Origin: an uncultured delta proteobacterium
GTDB lineage: Bacteria; Desulfobacterota; Binatia; UBA9968
Assembly: GCA_963840855.1 (NCBI GenBank)
Contig: CAWJBB010000062.1
Coordinates: 97,261 to 161,260 of the forward strand
DNA length: 64,000 bases
Reading direction: 5' to 3'
Shown: in pieces, positions 53,158 through 63,583 of the stretch
Numbering within the stretch: the stretch's first letter is position 1
How the letters are laid out: every line of letters starts with the position of its first letter
Notes under the pieces: model-generated
Databases searched by the model: none
What the model was told of the DNA's origin: nothing
Seen by the model: only the letters and a program-made list of their open reading frames with translations
Made by a program: the position numbers and the translations under genes

Positions 53158-53502
53158 TTAATACTCTTTCTGCTGCGCCTTCAGCCGTTCGAGATCCTGG
53201 CGGTTTCGGTTGATCTGGTTCTGGTTGCTCTGAATCTGCTGCTGTTGGCGGTAGTTGGTGTTTTCCTGTCCCTGCAGCTGGTCGCCGACCAATGCGCCGG
53301 CGCCGAGTCCGAGGCCGCCGCCGATTGCCGCGCCCGCTCCTGGATGGCCCACCGCCGCGCCGATAAGTCCGCCGGCCGTCGCCCCGCCGAGGGCGCCGAT
53401 GCCGGCGCCTTTTTCTCTTGTACTCAACGGACCGCCTGCGCAGCCCGCAATCAAGAGCGCCCCTGCCAATACCAATATCGGTGCTTTGTTATGTAGTTTC
53501 AT
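53158..53502 (-). CDS. Glycine-zipper lipoprotein
   Basis: Lipobox IAGC, GxxxG repeats, Gln/Asn-rich C-terminus. Confidence 0.88.
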   Translation of the reverse strand: MKLHNKAPILVLAGALLIAGCAGGPLSTREKGAGIGALGGATAGGLIGAAVGHPGAGAAIGGGLGLGAGALVGDQLQGQENTNYRQQQQIQSNQNQINRNRQDLERLKAQQKEY

Positions 53503-53526
53503 AATATTTTCCTTTCTGAACTCTGT

Positions 53527-53811
53527 TTACAATTTTCTTTTTGAGCTATTGCCCTTGCGATTGACCTGATGCCGTTTAGAGTTTTCTTTTTTGTCGTTCC
53601 GGATTTGCTGGCGCTCTTCGGCGCGCACCCAACCCTTTTCGGGATCCGCTGACCATTGCCCATTGGTATTGGCACGGCCTTTATCACTAATATGCGCTTC
53701 GGCTTTGCCGCCCTTTGGTGGTGCAGCCTCCGCGTTGTGCGCCGCCACCAGTTTCATAGATGCCAGAGTTAGAGCTGCGAGTATGACAACGGTAGTGTTT
53801 CGCATTCTCAT
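53527..53811 (-). CDS. Small basic secreted hypothetical protein
   Basis: Signal peptide, low-complexity Lys/Arg-rich body; first gene after a sigma54 promoter. Confidence 0.7.
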   Translation of the reverse strand: MRMRNTTVVILAALTLASMKLVAAHNAEAAPPKGGKAEAHISDKGRANTNGQWSADPEKGWVRAEERQQIRNDKKENSKRHQVNRKGNSSKRKL

Positions 53812-53863
53812 TTCCTTGCCCTTTCGTCGGGCAGTGATTTATATCGAACCGTAAGGGTGTTTG

Positions 53864-53879
53864 AGCAACGGGTGTGCCA
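53864..53879 (-). promoter_or_regulatory. Sigma54 promoter
   Basis: TGGCAC-ACCCG-TTGCT on the minus strand, perfect consensus. Confidence 0.85.
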
Positions 53880-53963
53880 CGGCGAAAGGCACACAATTTC
53901 AACTACTTGCAATGAAGTTGCGGAATGCCCGGCGGGTAAAAAGGTATTGGGGGTCCGAAGAAT

Positions 53964-55319
53964 TTACTTGGTTTGATAAAGCGCCAGTTTGGCGTTGAGC
54001 GTTTTGGGCGTGATGCCCAAAAGCCGGGCGGCTTGCGTCTTATTGCCGCCGCTGGCGCCAAGCGCGCGTTCGATGGCTTGGCGTTCAGCTTCCGCTAGAG
54101 ATAAAGGCGCGCCGCTCGCCTCATCCTTTATTACCGCGGCGAGGCAGAACTGTCGAATATCGTCCTCGGCGAGGTTTGGACCCGGGGCCAAGACCGCGAG
54201 CCGTTCCATGGCATTGCGCAACTCACGGACGTTCCCCGGCCAGCCGTGGCCTTGCAGCGCCGGGGCGAAATCAGTGTTCCAGGGCAGCGCGGGACGATGG
54301 TATTTCTCGGCAAAAGATTCGAGAAAATGACGCGCCAGAAGCGCGATGTCTTCGCGGCGCTCGCGCAAAGCAGGCAGCTCTAAATGAAACACGCTCAATC
54401 GATAGAAAAGATCCTCGCGCAATTTGCCGTCTTTGACGGCGCTTGCCGGGTTGCGATTAGTCGCGGCCACGACCCGCACCGAGATCGGGATACTGGCGTT
54501 GCCGCCGACGCGGCGTATCTGGCCTTCTTCGAGCACGCGCAAAAACTTCGCCTGCACTTCCGGCGCCATCTCGGTGATCTCATCGAGAAAAAGCGTGCCG
54601 CCGTCGGCTTGCTCGAAGCAGCCCTGGCGGCGCTCGATGGCGTTGGTAAACGCGCCCTTTTCGTGTCCGAAGAGTTCGCTCTCCATGAGCGTTGCCGAAA
54701 TGGCGGCGCAATTGAGCGCGAGAAATTCTCCATCGCGTCGCGGCGACAGATCGTGCAAGGTTCGCGCTACCAATTCTTTGCCGGTGCCACTCTCGCCGCT
54801 CACCAACACGGCGGCATCGGTCGGGGCGATCTGGCCGAGACGCTGGTAGAGCTGGCGCATGGGCGGTGATTTGCCGATAAGTTCGCCGTAGGAACCGAGC
54901 GGCGACTCAAGCTTCTGGCGTAGGGCATTGGCTTCGCGCGCAAGGGCGACCTGTTTGAGGCCCCGTTCGAGCACCTCGCGCAATTTTGGCGGTTCCAGCG
55001 GCTTGGTCAGGTAATCATAGGCGCCGAGCTTGATCGCCTGCACCGCGGTCTCGATGGTGCCCTGCCCCGTCACCATGATCACGGCCAGTTGCTGGGCGCG
55101 CGCGCCCAGCGCTTCAACGAATTCAAGACCTGTCATTCCCGGCATCATAAGATCTGTGACCACGGCGTGCGGCAGATTGGCATTGCAAATATCGAGCGCC
55201 GATTTGCCGTCCGGCGCAGCGGTTGCGGCGTAGCCCCAGGTTTCGAGTAAAGCTTTGAGGCCGTCGCGAGTTGCGGCGTCATCATCGACGACGAGCACGC
55301 TGAGGCGCGGACGGGCCAT
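53964..55319 (-). CDS. Sigma54-dependent response regulator (NtrC/ZraR/AtoC family)
   Basis: Receiver domain, GESGTGKE, GAFTNA, LFLDEI, REDLFYRL, WPGNVREL, Fis-type HTH. Confidence 0.95.
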   Translation of the reverse strand: MARPRLSVLVVDDDAATRDGLKALLETWGYAATAAPDGKSALDICNANLPHAVVTDLMMPGMTGLEFVEALGARAQQLAVIMVTGQGTIETAVQAIKLGAYDYLTKPLEPPKLREVLERGLKQVALAREANALRQKLESPLGSYGELIGKSPPMRQLYQRLGQIAPTDAAVLVSGESGTGKELVARTLHDLSPRRDGEFLALNCAAISATLMESELFGHEKGAFTNAIERRQGCFEQADGGTLFLDEITEMAPEVQAKFLRVLEEGQIRRVGGNASIPISVRVVAATNRNPASAVKDGKLREDLFYRLSVFHLELPALRERREDIALLARHFLESFAEKYHRPALPWNTDFAPALQGHGWPGNVRELRNAMERLAVLAPGPNLAEDDIRQFCLAAVIKDEASGAPLSLAEAERQAIERALGASGGNKTQAARLLGITPKTLNAKLALYQTK

Positions 55320-55321
55320 GA

Positions 55322-56842
55322 TTAATTGACCTCCAGGGGTAGCGTGACGCGGAAAGCCGCCCCGCCGTCGCGCTCCTCAAACGCCAGGGAGCCACCGTGG
55401 GATTCGGCAACGAGCTGGCTCAACGGCAAGCCGATACCGCTGCCGCCAGCTTTCGTTGTCTTGCCGAACTCGAACAGTTCTTCTCTTCTTTCGCGCGGCA
55501 CTCCGGGTCCATTATCGGTAAAGCGCAGGACCAACTGGGGGCCGTCTTTTTGCGCCGTGACATGAATAGCGCCGCCATGGGGCTGCGCTTCCAGGGCATT
55601 GCGCAATAGGTTGTCGAACGATTGCCGTAGCCGAGTGGCGTCGCCCTGAATGTTCCACGGGCCCGGCGCCAGTTCCTGGGTCAACAGGATTTTCTGTGCC
55701 GCGCATGGCGCGGCGATCGCTTCCAGGCTCTGCGCGAGAACGCCTGCTACATCCACCGGTTTGCGCTCCATCGTCACCGGCGCAGAGTAGTCGGTAAAGT
55801 CGCGGATCAATTGGCTCACCTGGCGGACGCTGGAATCCACCGCGGCGAACGACCGTTCGGTTTGACCGTTGCCGGTCTCGGTGTTTGCTTGCGCGCCGTT
55901 GCGCAGCAGTTCGAGATGGACAGCAAGCGCATTGAGTGGCGTGCGCACCTCGTGCGCCAAGGTGCGCGCCGCAATGGCGAGGCGCTGGAGCGGCGCTGGG
56001 GCGCCGGTGGCTTTTCGCTGCTTCATGACTAGGCGGTCGATCAAGTCCAAGCTAACGCCGACTTCGTCCCGTCTCGCATAGTCGGGTCGCGTCGCGTAAG
56101 TGCCGGCTTCAGCCTGACGCAGCGCATCGCTGATAAGACGAAAGCGGCGCGTGTATAGTGTCGTGGTGAGAAACGCGCTCAACAAGGCGACGGCCCCGCC
56201 CAGGACGAATAAGAGCGCCAGTTGCCGCCATAACCCGGCAAGCATTTCGGTCCAATCCGCGGGATTGATCCAAAGCCTCAGCCCGCCGGGTCCCGCCACT
56301 CCTTCCGGCATTTGCAGTGGCACTAACACGTCGTAGTAAGTCGATTTCCCCTGGGTTTTAGAATTGATGGTCGTGACCCCGCGCGACAGACTGCGAAGCA
56401 GTTGGGCATCGAGTAAAGTCTCGCCTTTGGCGTGCCCCCTGGAACTATAGAGGACCGCGCCATCGGCGTTGAGCACCCACATCGCATCTATGCCACCGCT
56501 GCGATCAACAAAGGCCTGGATCAGTCCTTTCACTTCTGTGTGGCGCGACGGAGCGCGGCCCGGCACAACTGTAGCCTTTGGCGCCGCGCCGGGGAAGATG
56601 TTGCCGAGAAAGCTCCAAAATCCCGAAGTCTGTGGCTGCACGACGCGAGCCTGCGGCGTCGGCCGCGCGCGCAAACTATCCGCCAGCGCGATCTCCACCT
56701 GGCGGGCCATCACCAGCGCGGTTTGCAAGGTCGCCTCGGTGGTAAGCCGCTGGGCGATCAACCAGACACCGGCGGCGAAGAGGCCGAAAATCACGGTCAC
56801 CGTGGCGAGAAAAACCGCGACCTGTTGCTGGCGGAGAGTCAT
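55322..56842 (-). CDS. Membrane sensor histidine kinase
   Basis: Two TM segments, LAHEVRTPL, NLLRNA, DNGPG, GSGIGL. Confidence 0.92.
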   Translation of the reverse strand: MTLRQQQVAVFLATVTVIFGLFAAGVWLIAQRLTTEATLQTALVMARQVEIALADSLRARPTPQARVVQPQTSGFWSFLGNIFPGAAPKATVVPGRAPSRHTEVKGLIQAFVDRSGGIDAMWVLNADGAVLYSSRGHAKGETLLDAQLLRSLSRGVTTINSKTQGKSTYYDVLVPLQMPEGVAGPGGLRLWINPADWTEMLAGLWRQLALLFVLGGAVALLSAFLTTTLYTRRFRLISDALRQAEAGTYATRPDYARRDEVGVSLDLIDRLVMKQRKATGAPAPLQRLAIAARTLAHEVRTPLNALAVHLELLRNGAQANTETGNGQTERSFAAVDSSVRQVSQLIRDFTDYSAPVTMERKPVDVAGVLAQSLEAIAAPCAAQKILLTQELAPGPWNIQGDATRLRQSFDNLLRNALEAQPHGGAIHVTAQKDGPQLVLRFTDNGPGVPRERREELFEFGKTTKAGGSGIGLPLSQLVAESHGGSLAFEERDGGAAFRVTLPLEVN

Positions 56843-56904
56843 ATTGCGGGTATTTTATCAGATCACCGCCCAGGGGCATAGTTTTGTTGAAGTCTGGTTG
56901 ACTT

Positions 56905-57042
56905 GTGGCCACGATGTTGGTGCCGCCGCTCAACAAAGTGGCGCGCGAAAAAGGCTTCAACGAGCTGCTTTATTTTAACGAGATCATGCGTGTGTCGCTA
57001 TCGGGGTTGTCGATCCACGTCGATCAAATAAAAGACAACCCT
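56905..57042 (+). pseudogene. Internal fragment of an NMT1/SsuA-type binding protein gene
   Basis: ATMLVPPLNKVAREKGFNELLYF..GLSIHVDQIKDNP resembles the middle of such proteins (compare 50716..51723); no signal peptide or proper end. Confidence 0.5.
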
Positions 57043-57335
57043 TTTCCCCGGCGGATATCACCGACTGGAGTTTTGCCCGAAAACCCAATGAGCAGTTGAA
57101 AGGCTAGATAAAAAAGAATTTAACTGCAAAGAACGTGGTTCGACGTCGTGGCGCAAGTGACTGTAATTAAATCAATATGCTTAGAATACGGCGGAACTTA
57201 GATTTCTAGGTAAGTCGCATTCTTGACTCGTCTTGAATTCTTCCTTGTTCTAGAATTATACTAAATCGACATTTACATAGGTCTGATGGAAACACAAACA
57301 GGTATGATAACCCTCAACTCAAAAGATTGAGCATT

Positions 57336-57578
57336 ATGAAACAAAAAATAGGCACACTGATAGAGGAAGATATTATGCGGCTGGCCAAGCGGCGCGCCGC
57401 CGAAGAAAGGCGGCCCCTAAGCGATCTGATCCAAGATGCGCTAGTGCAGTATCTGCGAAAGGAGGCGGCGACACCGAAGGAACGGAACATCGCGTATCAT
57501 CTGTTCTGCGAGCAACCGATGAAAATACCTTCGGAGCAACTGCGATTTTTGCTCGAAGAAGACATGTGGGATTCATGA
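57336..57578 (+). CDS. Putative antitoxin (ribbon-helix-helix-like)
   Basis: 80 aa, KQKIGTLIEEDIMRLAKRRA..RPLSDLIQDAL; ATGA overlap with the PIN gene. Confidence 0.75.
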   Translation: MKQKIGTLIEEDIMRLAKRRAAEERRPLSDLIQDALVQYLRKEAATPKERNIAYHLFCEQPMKIPSEQLRFLLEEDMWDS

Positions 57579-58087
57579 ATTTAGACGATATCTCCAGTGA
57601 GAGTTATTGTATCCTCGACACCAATATTTTGATCTATGCGGAGCAAGGGGTGTCGCAACAAGCTCAACGCTTACTGCGCCGTATTGAAGAGCAAGACGTG
57701 ACGGGAGTATTGCCCCAGCCTGTGTGGCAGGAAACGATTCATCGGTTAATGATCATGGAGGCTATTATGCTTGGGCACATCCGGGGACCGAATCCGGCTA
57801 GGCAGCTCGCTGAAAAGCCGGAAACCGTAAAAAACCTGACGATGTACCGGGAAAAAGTCAAAGCGCTGGTAACTCTCGGTCTAGGTTTCGAGCCTTGTCA
57901 CGAAAGTGATCTTCTAATAAGAGCAATTGAGCTTCAAAAACGATATGGTTTGCTGACGAATGATTCCCTGATCGCGGCCATGGCTCTGCGATTGGGCGCG
58001 GATGCGTTGGCCTCCTCAGACGAACGCTTTCTAGATATCAGCGAGATTCGGGTCTACGTGCCTTCGGATCTGAAACTGTCCGTGTAG
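57575..58087 (+). CDS. vapC: PIN-domain toxin (VapC family)
   Basis: LDTNILIYA, WQE, LLTNDSLIAA, SSDERF acidic PIN residues. Confidence 0.88.
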   Translation: MNLDDISSESYCILDTNILIYAEQGVSQQAQRLLRRIEEQDVTGVLPQPVWQETIHRLMIMEAIMLGHIRGPNPARQLAEKPETVKNLTMYREKVKALVTLGLGFEPCHESDLLIRAIELQKRYGLLTNDSLIAAMALRLGADALASSDERFLDISEIRVYVPSDLKLSV

Positions 58088-58122
58088 CGAAAGAACTTCG
58101 ACTTGACGCTGCGACCCGCCGA

Positions 58123-59770
58123 TCAGTCGCGCATTCTCGAATAAGCGATTTCCCTGCTGGTGACGAATTCCAAAAGCGCGGCTTTGCCGTCGTCGGTAAC
58201 TTTCCGGGCTCGTTGTAACGCTCCGACGATTTGACTTGGGTCCTCAACTCTTTCGGACCATCCGCCCAGGGAACGAGCAAGGTCGGCGTAGTTGCCAAGG
58301 ATGTTCATCGTGCCGTAGCGCTCATGGGATGCTTCCATGGCATGGGTCTCGGCGGCCATGAAATTGTTGTTCAGCACGATCGTGAGAATGGGAATATTGT
58401 TGCGCACGGCGGTTTCAAAATCGAGTCCGGTCATGCCGAAGGCGGCATCGCCCATGAAGTTGACGCAGAATTTCTCCGGCGCCGCGAGTTTGGCGCCGAT
58501 AATCAGGCCGAGACCGGCGCCGAGAGCGTGGGATTTGCCCCAGCCCAGATAACTGCGCGGTGCCGGCGCCTGGTAAAAAGGTACTAATTGATTGCGCGGG
58601 CTGCCGGAGTCGTGGGTGACGATAACGTCCTTGCGGTCGAACAAATTCATGAACTCCCACATCACCCGATAAGGCGTCAGCGGTTTTTCACTGGACGTGA
58701 GCTTGGGCAGCCACTCCTTCATCCACTCTTCTTTACCTTTCTTGACTTCCGCTGCGACAACGCGGTCACCATCCCGTTTTTTGCCGCCGAGTAAATCCTT
58801 CGCCGCCTCGATAAACTGGCGCAACACTAACTTGGCGTCGCCGAGAATGGGATAATCCGCCGAATATTGTTTATTGATGTCGCGCTCGTCGTTAGTGGCG
58901 TGGATGATCACTTTCCCAGCAGGAACGGCCGCAGCCGTGATGTTGTGTTTAGTCAAGCTGGTGCCGACGGCGAATACGACATCGGCCTTTTGTAAAAAGG
59001 TATGAACCGGCCGCGGCATCACACCGGACCCGGTCCCAAGGGAAAGCACGTGGTGTTCGGGAAACGCGCTTTTGCCTTCGAGTGTCGTTGTCACAGGAAT
59101 TTGCAACAACTCGGCAAACTCAATCAATTCATCCGTCGCTTCAGCGTACAAAACACCCTGGCCGGCGTAAATTACCGGATTCTTGGCTTGCAATAAAACT
59201 TTAGCGGCCTCGGCCACATCGCGTGGGTTAGCTCCGCTGGTAGTGCGCTTGACCGGCGTATATTTCACATCCGCCACCGGGAAATTCCTCATCCGCGGTG
59301 TCATTCGGGATTTCGACCAGCACCGGACCCGGACGGCCCATCTTGAGGTAGCTAAAGGCGCGTCGCATAATCTCCGGAACCGCGCTGGCGACGGTGATTT
59401 CTTCTGTCCACTTGGTGACCGGCGCATAGGCCTGCACCGAGCGAAAAAAATGAAAGACCTGCGATGTATTGCGCGGGTGTCCCACCGGCAGACATAGAAC
59501 CGGCACGGAATCGGAATAGGCCGTCGTGATGCCGGAAAAAGCATTTTCGGCGCCCGGTCCGGCCTGCATGGTGAAAACCCCGATCCGTCTCCCGTTGTTG
59601 ACTCGTGTAAAGCCGTCGGCGATGCCGACGCCCACCCTTTCCTGGCGACATACGATGGGCCGGATGCCCGCTCTCGCCGCGGCTTCGATGAGCACATTGG
59701 TCGGATAACAGCTGAGAAATTCCACCCCCTCGCGCTTGAGAATTTCAGCGATGGCATCGACGACTTTCAT
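58123..59770 (-). CDS. ThDP-dependent enzyme (acetolactate synthase superfamily), split by a frameshift (~59280)
   Basis: MKVVDAIAEILKREG, RQERVG, GPGAEN, RPGPVLVEIP, MGDAAFGM..LNN. Confidence 0.9.
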
Positions 59771-59956
59771 ACGGCCTCCTCGACAGCAATTTACTGGACG
59801 ACAGTTGATAATTCTAAAGATAACCGATCTAACAAGCAGCATGCCTATCATTTCTGCCGCGTCCAGCCAACTGCTAAAATGGCTGCTAAAAATAGTTGCC
59901 TTCGGAGCACTCAGCAAAGCTTTACGAAAACAATCGGAGAAAGGATCATTACGACT

Positions 59957-61621
59957 ATGATGACGGGCTTTAAATACGTCGCCGAGGCGATCAAGGCGCA
60001 GGGCATTACCCATCTTTTCTTTGTGCCGACGATCATGATACCGACGATGGCGGAGTTGGAAGATTCCGGCATCACGCGCGTCACCTGTCATGACGAAAAA
60101 GCCGCAGCTTACATGGCGGACGGCTACGCGCGGGCGACGCACCGGCCCGGCATTTGCCTGGCGCAAAATGTCGGCTCGATGAATCTTGCCGCAGGGCTGC
60201 GCGATGGCCGCATGGCCGGCTCGCCGATCATCGCCATCACGGGTGGAGCCGATACGGCGTCGCGCTACCGCCATGTCTATCAAGAGGTGGAAGACTTTGC
60301 GGTTTTCGAGCCGGTGACGAAGATGAGCGTTGAAGTCGATCATGTGCGCCTGTTGCCGAATTTGCTGCGCCAGGCGTTTAGATCCGCCACCACCGGTTCG
60401 CCTGGCCCCGTGCATCTGCGCATGCGCGGCCGGCACGGTAACGTGCTCGAAGAAGAAAGCGAGTTTGAACTCATTTTCGAAGAGCGCTTTTCCCGCTACC
60501 CGGCGTTCAGGCCGGAAGCTGATCTCGAAGATGTCAACGACGCTATCCAAAAATTGCTGCAGGCCGCGCGGCCGATCATCGTTGCCGGTGGCGGGATAAT
60601 CAGATCGCAGGCTGAAGCCGAAGTCGTGGCGTTGGCCGAGAAGCTATCGTTGCCCGTGGTAACATCGCTCAACGGCAAAGCCGCGATCCCTGAAAATCAT
60701 CCTCTCAGTGTGGGCGTGTGCGGCACCTACTCGCGTTGGTGCGCCAATCGCGCGGTGGCGCAGGCTGATCTGGTGTTCTTCATCGGCAGCCACACGGGAA
60801 GCCAAGTCACGCATAATTGGCGGATTCCCAAATCAGGGACGCCGGTCATACAGCTCGATATCGATCCTGAGGAGATCGGCAGAAGCTACCCGACCCTCGT
60901 CGGCCTGGTGGGCGACGCCAGGGCCACCTTGCGGCGCATGGTCGAGGCGATCAAAGAACCCATCACCCGGCCCCAGTGGATCGAAACCGTGCAACGCCTC
61001 AAGAGCGAGTGGCGCGTGGAGGCAAAAACCGCGTTGCATTCGGATGACGTTCCGATTCGGCCGGAGCGTATCTGTCAGGAAATCACCGACTTCTTGCCCG
61101 CCGACGCCGTCTTGGTGGGCGATACCGGTCAAGCGGCGTTCTGGACCGGAACTATGATAGAGCTCAATTATCCAACGCAAACTTACATTCGCTGTGCCGG
61201 CTCTTTAGGCTGGGCCTTCCCGGCGTCACTGGGCGTCAAATGCGCATTGCCGAATCGCCCGGTGCTCTGCTTCACTGGGGATGGTGGATTCTACTATCAC
61301 ATTTCCGAACTGGAAACCGCCGCGCGCTTTGGCATCAACACGGTAGTGATCGTCAACAACAACCACTCCCTCGGTCAAGAGCAGCGCTTGTTCAATGCCG
61401 CTTATGGTGGAGCACAAAGGGGCCAGGCGCACATGATGTGGATGTTCAAAGAGAGCAACTTTGCGAAAGTCGCGGAGGGTATGGGTTGCGTCGGCATTCG
61501 CGTCGAAAGGCCAAGTGAATTGCGCGGTGCTTTAGAGAAAGCGTTTTCTTGCGGGGGGCCCGCGGTAATCGACGTGGTAAGCGACCACAGGGTCTTGCAT
61601 CCACGGGCGTGGTCCGAATAG
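59957..61621 (+). CDS. ThDP-dependent enzyme (acetolactate synthase superfamily)
   Basis: HDEKAAAYMADGYARAT, PGPVHL, GSLGW, TGDGGF..VNNN. Confidence 0.92.
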   Translation: MMTGFKYVAEAIKAQGITHLFFVPTIMIPTMAELEDSGITRVTCHDEKAAAYMADGYARATHRPGICLAQNVGSMNLAAGLRDGRMAGSPIIAITGGADTASRYRHVYQEVEDFAVFEPVTKMSVEVDHVRLLPNLLRQAFRSATTGSPGPVHLRMRGRHGNVLEEESEFELIFEERFSRYPAFRPEADLEDVNDAIQKLLQAARPIIVAGGGIIRSQAEAEVVALAEKLSLPVVTSLNGKAAIPENHPLSVGVCGTYSRWCANRAVAQADLVFFIGSHTGSQVTHNWRIPKSGTPVIQLDIDPEEIGRSYPTLVGLVGDARATLRRMVEAIKEPITRPQWIETVQRLKSEWRVEAKTALHSDDVPIRPERICQEITDFLPADAVLVGDTGQAAFWTGTMIELNYPTQTYIRCAGSLGWAFPASLGVKCALPNRPVLCFTGDGGFYYHISELETAARFGINTVVIVNNNHSLGQEQRLFNAAYGGAQRGQAHMMWMFKESNFAKVAEGMGCVGIRVERPSELRGALEKAFSCGGPAVIDVVSDHRVLHPRAWSE

Positions 61622-61703
61622 ACCGATTTGTCAGGGAATAGGACGAGCCGCATCGGCCCTGTCGGCTTGCAGGCACGTGCGCAATATTGCATAGTTAATT
61701 GTT

Positions 61704-62714
61704 ATGCTCGCGGATTCCTACAAGCGCCCGGTTAAAGATCTGCGGATTTCCGTCACCGATAGGTGCAATTTCCGCTGCACCTACTGCATGCCTCAAGACG
61801 AATACGAGTGGATCAATAAGAAGGAAATTCTGACCTTTGAAGAGATTACCCGGCTAGCGAATCTATTTGTCGGATTGGGCGTGGAGAAAATTCGGCTCAC
61901 TGGCGGCGAGCCGCTGGTGAGGAAAGATCTCGATCAACTTGTAGCCAAGCTTTCCGCGATCCCGCGGCTCGAGGATCTTTGCCTGACCACCAACGGTTCC
62001 CTGCTGGCGGAGCAGATAGAAGCGCTGAAAGCTGCCGGGCTCAAGCGGGTCAATGTGAGCATCGACACGCTCGATGATGAGAAATTCAAGCGTATGACCA
62101 AACGGGGCGATCTGGCAAAAGTTCTGGAAGGGATTTTCGCCGCCAAGAAGCATGACCTCAAACCGATCAAGCTCAATGCTGTGGTGGAGCGCGGCGTCAA
62201 CGACGACGATATTATTTCGCTCGTGGAGTTTTGTCGTGAGCATGGATTTGCCATGCGTTTCATTGAGTACATGGACGTGGGCAATGCCAACAACTGGACG
62301 CACGATAAGCTTGTCTCCAAGAAGGAAATCTTAGAAACCATCGGCGCTCGTTATCCCCTGCGCGAAATCGGCCGCGATCAGGGAAGCGCGCCCTCCGTCG
62401 ATTACGAGTTCGTGGACGGCAGCGGCGACATCGGCGTGATCGCCTCGGTGACCGAACCTTTTTGCGCCAGTTGTACCCGCGCGCGGCTTACCGCAGATGG
62501 GAAAATCGTAACCTGCTTATTTTCCCAGGGCGGCCACGATGTAAAAAAACTCCTGCGCGCCGGCGCCTCGGATGAAGAGCTTGTGAATTTGATCAGCTCA
62601 ATTTGGAGCAAGCGCGCGGACCGCTATTCCGAGGAACGGCTGCAAGCCATGCGTTCGGCAAATTACGACCCCAAGAGCCACAAGAAAATCGAAATGATCT
62701 CGCTCGGCGGTTAG
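61704..62714 (+). CDS. moaA: GTP 3',8-cyclase (molybdenum cofactor biosynthesis)
   Basis: LRISVTDRCNFRCTYCMP, RLTGGEP, RFIEYM, FCASCTRARLT..CLF, C-terminal GG. Confidence 0.97.
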   Translation: MLADSYKRPVKDLRISVTDRCNFRCTYCMPQDEYEWINKKEILTFEEITRLANLFVGLGVEKIRLTGGEPLVRKDLDQLVAKLSAIPRLEDLCLTTNGSLLAEQIEALKAAGLKRVNVSIDTLDDEKFKRMTKRGDLAKVLEGIFAAKKHDLKPIKLNAVVERGVNDDDIISLVEFCREHGFAMRFIEYMDVGNANNWTHDKLVSKKEILETIGARYPLREIGRDQGSAPSVDYEFVDGSGDIGVIASVTEPFCASCTRARLTADGKIVTCLFSQGGHDVKKLLRAGASDEELVNLISSIWSKRADRYSEERLQAMRSANYDPKSHKKIEMISLGG

Positions 62715-62733
62715 ACTGCGGTTCTTCTCAAAG

Positions 62734-63417
62734 CTAGAGCTGCCGCAGCGCGCGGATACGCTCATCCGTCGCCGGGTGCGTCGATAGCAACCCCCCGCCA
62801 CTGTTACCCTCCACCTGCATAATCCAGTTGAGTGAGCGGATCATCACGTTCTTGTCATATCCGGCGCGGCGCAAGATTGTCACCGCATGTCGGTCAGCTT
62901 CCAGCTCTTGAGGCCGGCTGTAGCTCGAAGCGATCAGATTGCCGGCGATGGGGGCAAAGTTGCCGCTGCCGGGAATGAGTTTTTCCAATAATACTGCTCC
63001 CAGATTCAATCCCACGCCCAAAACCTGCATCTTTGCCGGGTGACCTAGATCGTCGTGGGCGATCTCGTGCGCCAGGATTCCCCGCAGCTGATCGTCGTTG
63101 GCCCGGCGTAAGAGTCCTGTGGTGACCAGAAATTCGCCGCCCCCCGCGCTGCCCGCGTTGATGCTCGGCTCGTCGACGATGCGAACGCTGATTTCATTTG
63201 CCCGGCGCGATTGTTTCGACGCTCGAATGAGCGGAATCATGATACGCTGGAGCCTTTCATAGTCGCGCTTGCTGTCGTCGGGTGAATCTCGAGCCCGGTC
63301 CCTCAAGGCATGGGCCCCCGGTACAGCGCTTCCGCAGATCGATAGGAAACCGATAAGAACAACGAAAAACGCGCGGAATCCGCGCCGAGTCGCTTTCGTG
63401 ATTTTGTTGGCTGGCAT
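62734..63417 (-). CDS. M48 family zinc metallopeptidase, exported
   Basis: INA, LAHEIAH, YSRPQELEAD, STHPATDERI. Confidence 0.9.
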   Translation of the reverse strand: MPANKITKATRRGFRAFFVVLIGFLSICGSAVPGAHALRDRARDSPDDSKRDYERLQRIMIPLIRASKQSRRANEISVRIVDEPSINAGSAGGGEFLVTTGLLRRANDDQLRGILAHEIAHDDLGHPAKMQVLGVGLNLGAVLLEKLIPGSGNFAPIAGNLIASSYSRPQELEADRHAVTILRRAGYDKNVMIRSLNWIMQVEGNSGGGLLSTHPATDERIRALRQL

Positions 63418-63446
63418 TTCAACCCCTCCGGCTGATGGTCATTAAG

Positions 63447-63461
63447 GCAAATCAAGTGCCA
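63447..63461 (-). promoter_or_regulatory. Sigma54 promoter of the M48 peptidase gene
   Basis: TGGCAC-TTGAT-TTGC on the minus strand, about 30 bp upstream of the start. Confidence 0.75.
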
Positions 63462-63583
63462 TTTGAAATCCTTTCTAGTCACAAGCGGTTACAAATCGTA
63501 ACCGGCGGGCATAGAGTAAAAAAGAATGAATAGCGGAAAAAATTACCCGCATAGGCGTCTCGCAATCTGAGGCTAGATTGCGC

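Noticed and set aside
59228-60550. 440-aa minus-strand ORF
   Set aside because: Only the part from 59770 (MKVVDA, with GGAGG RBS) is protein-like; the upstream part is antisense to the neighbouring ThDP gene.
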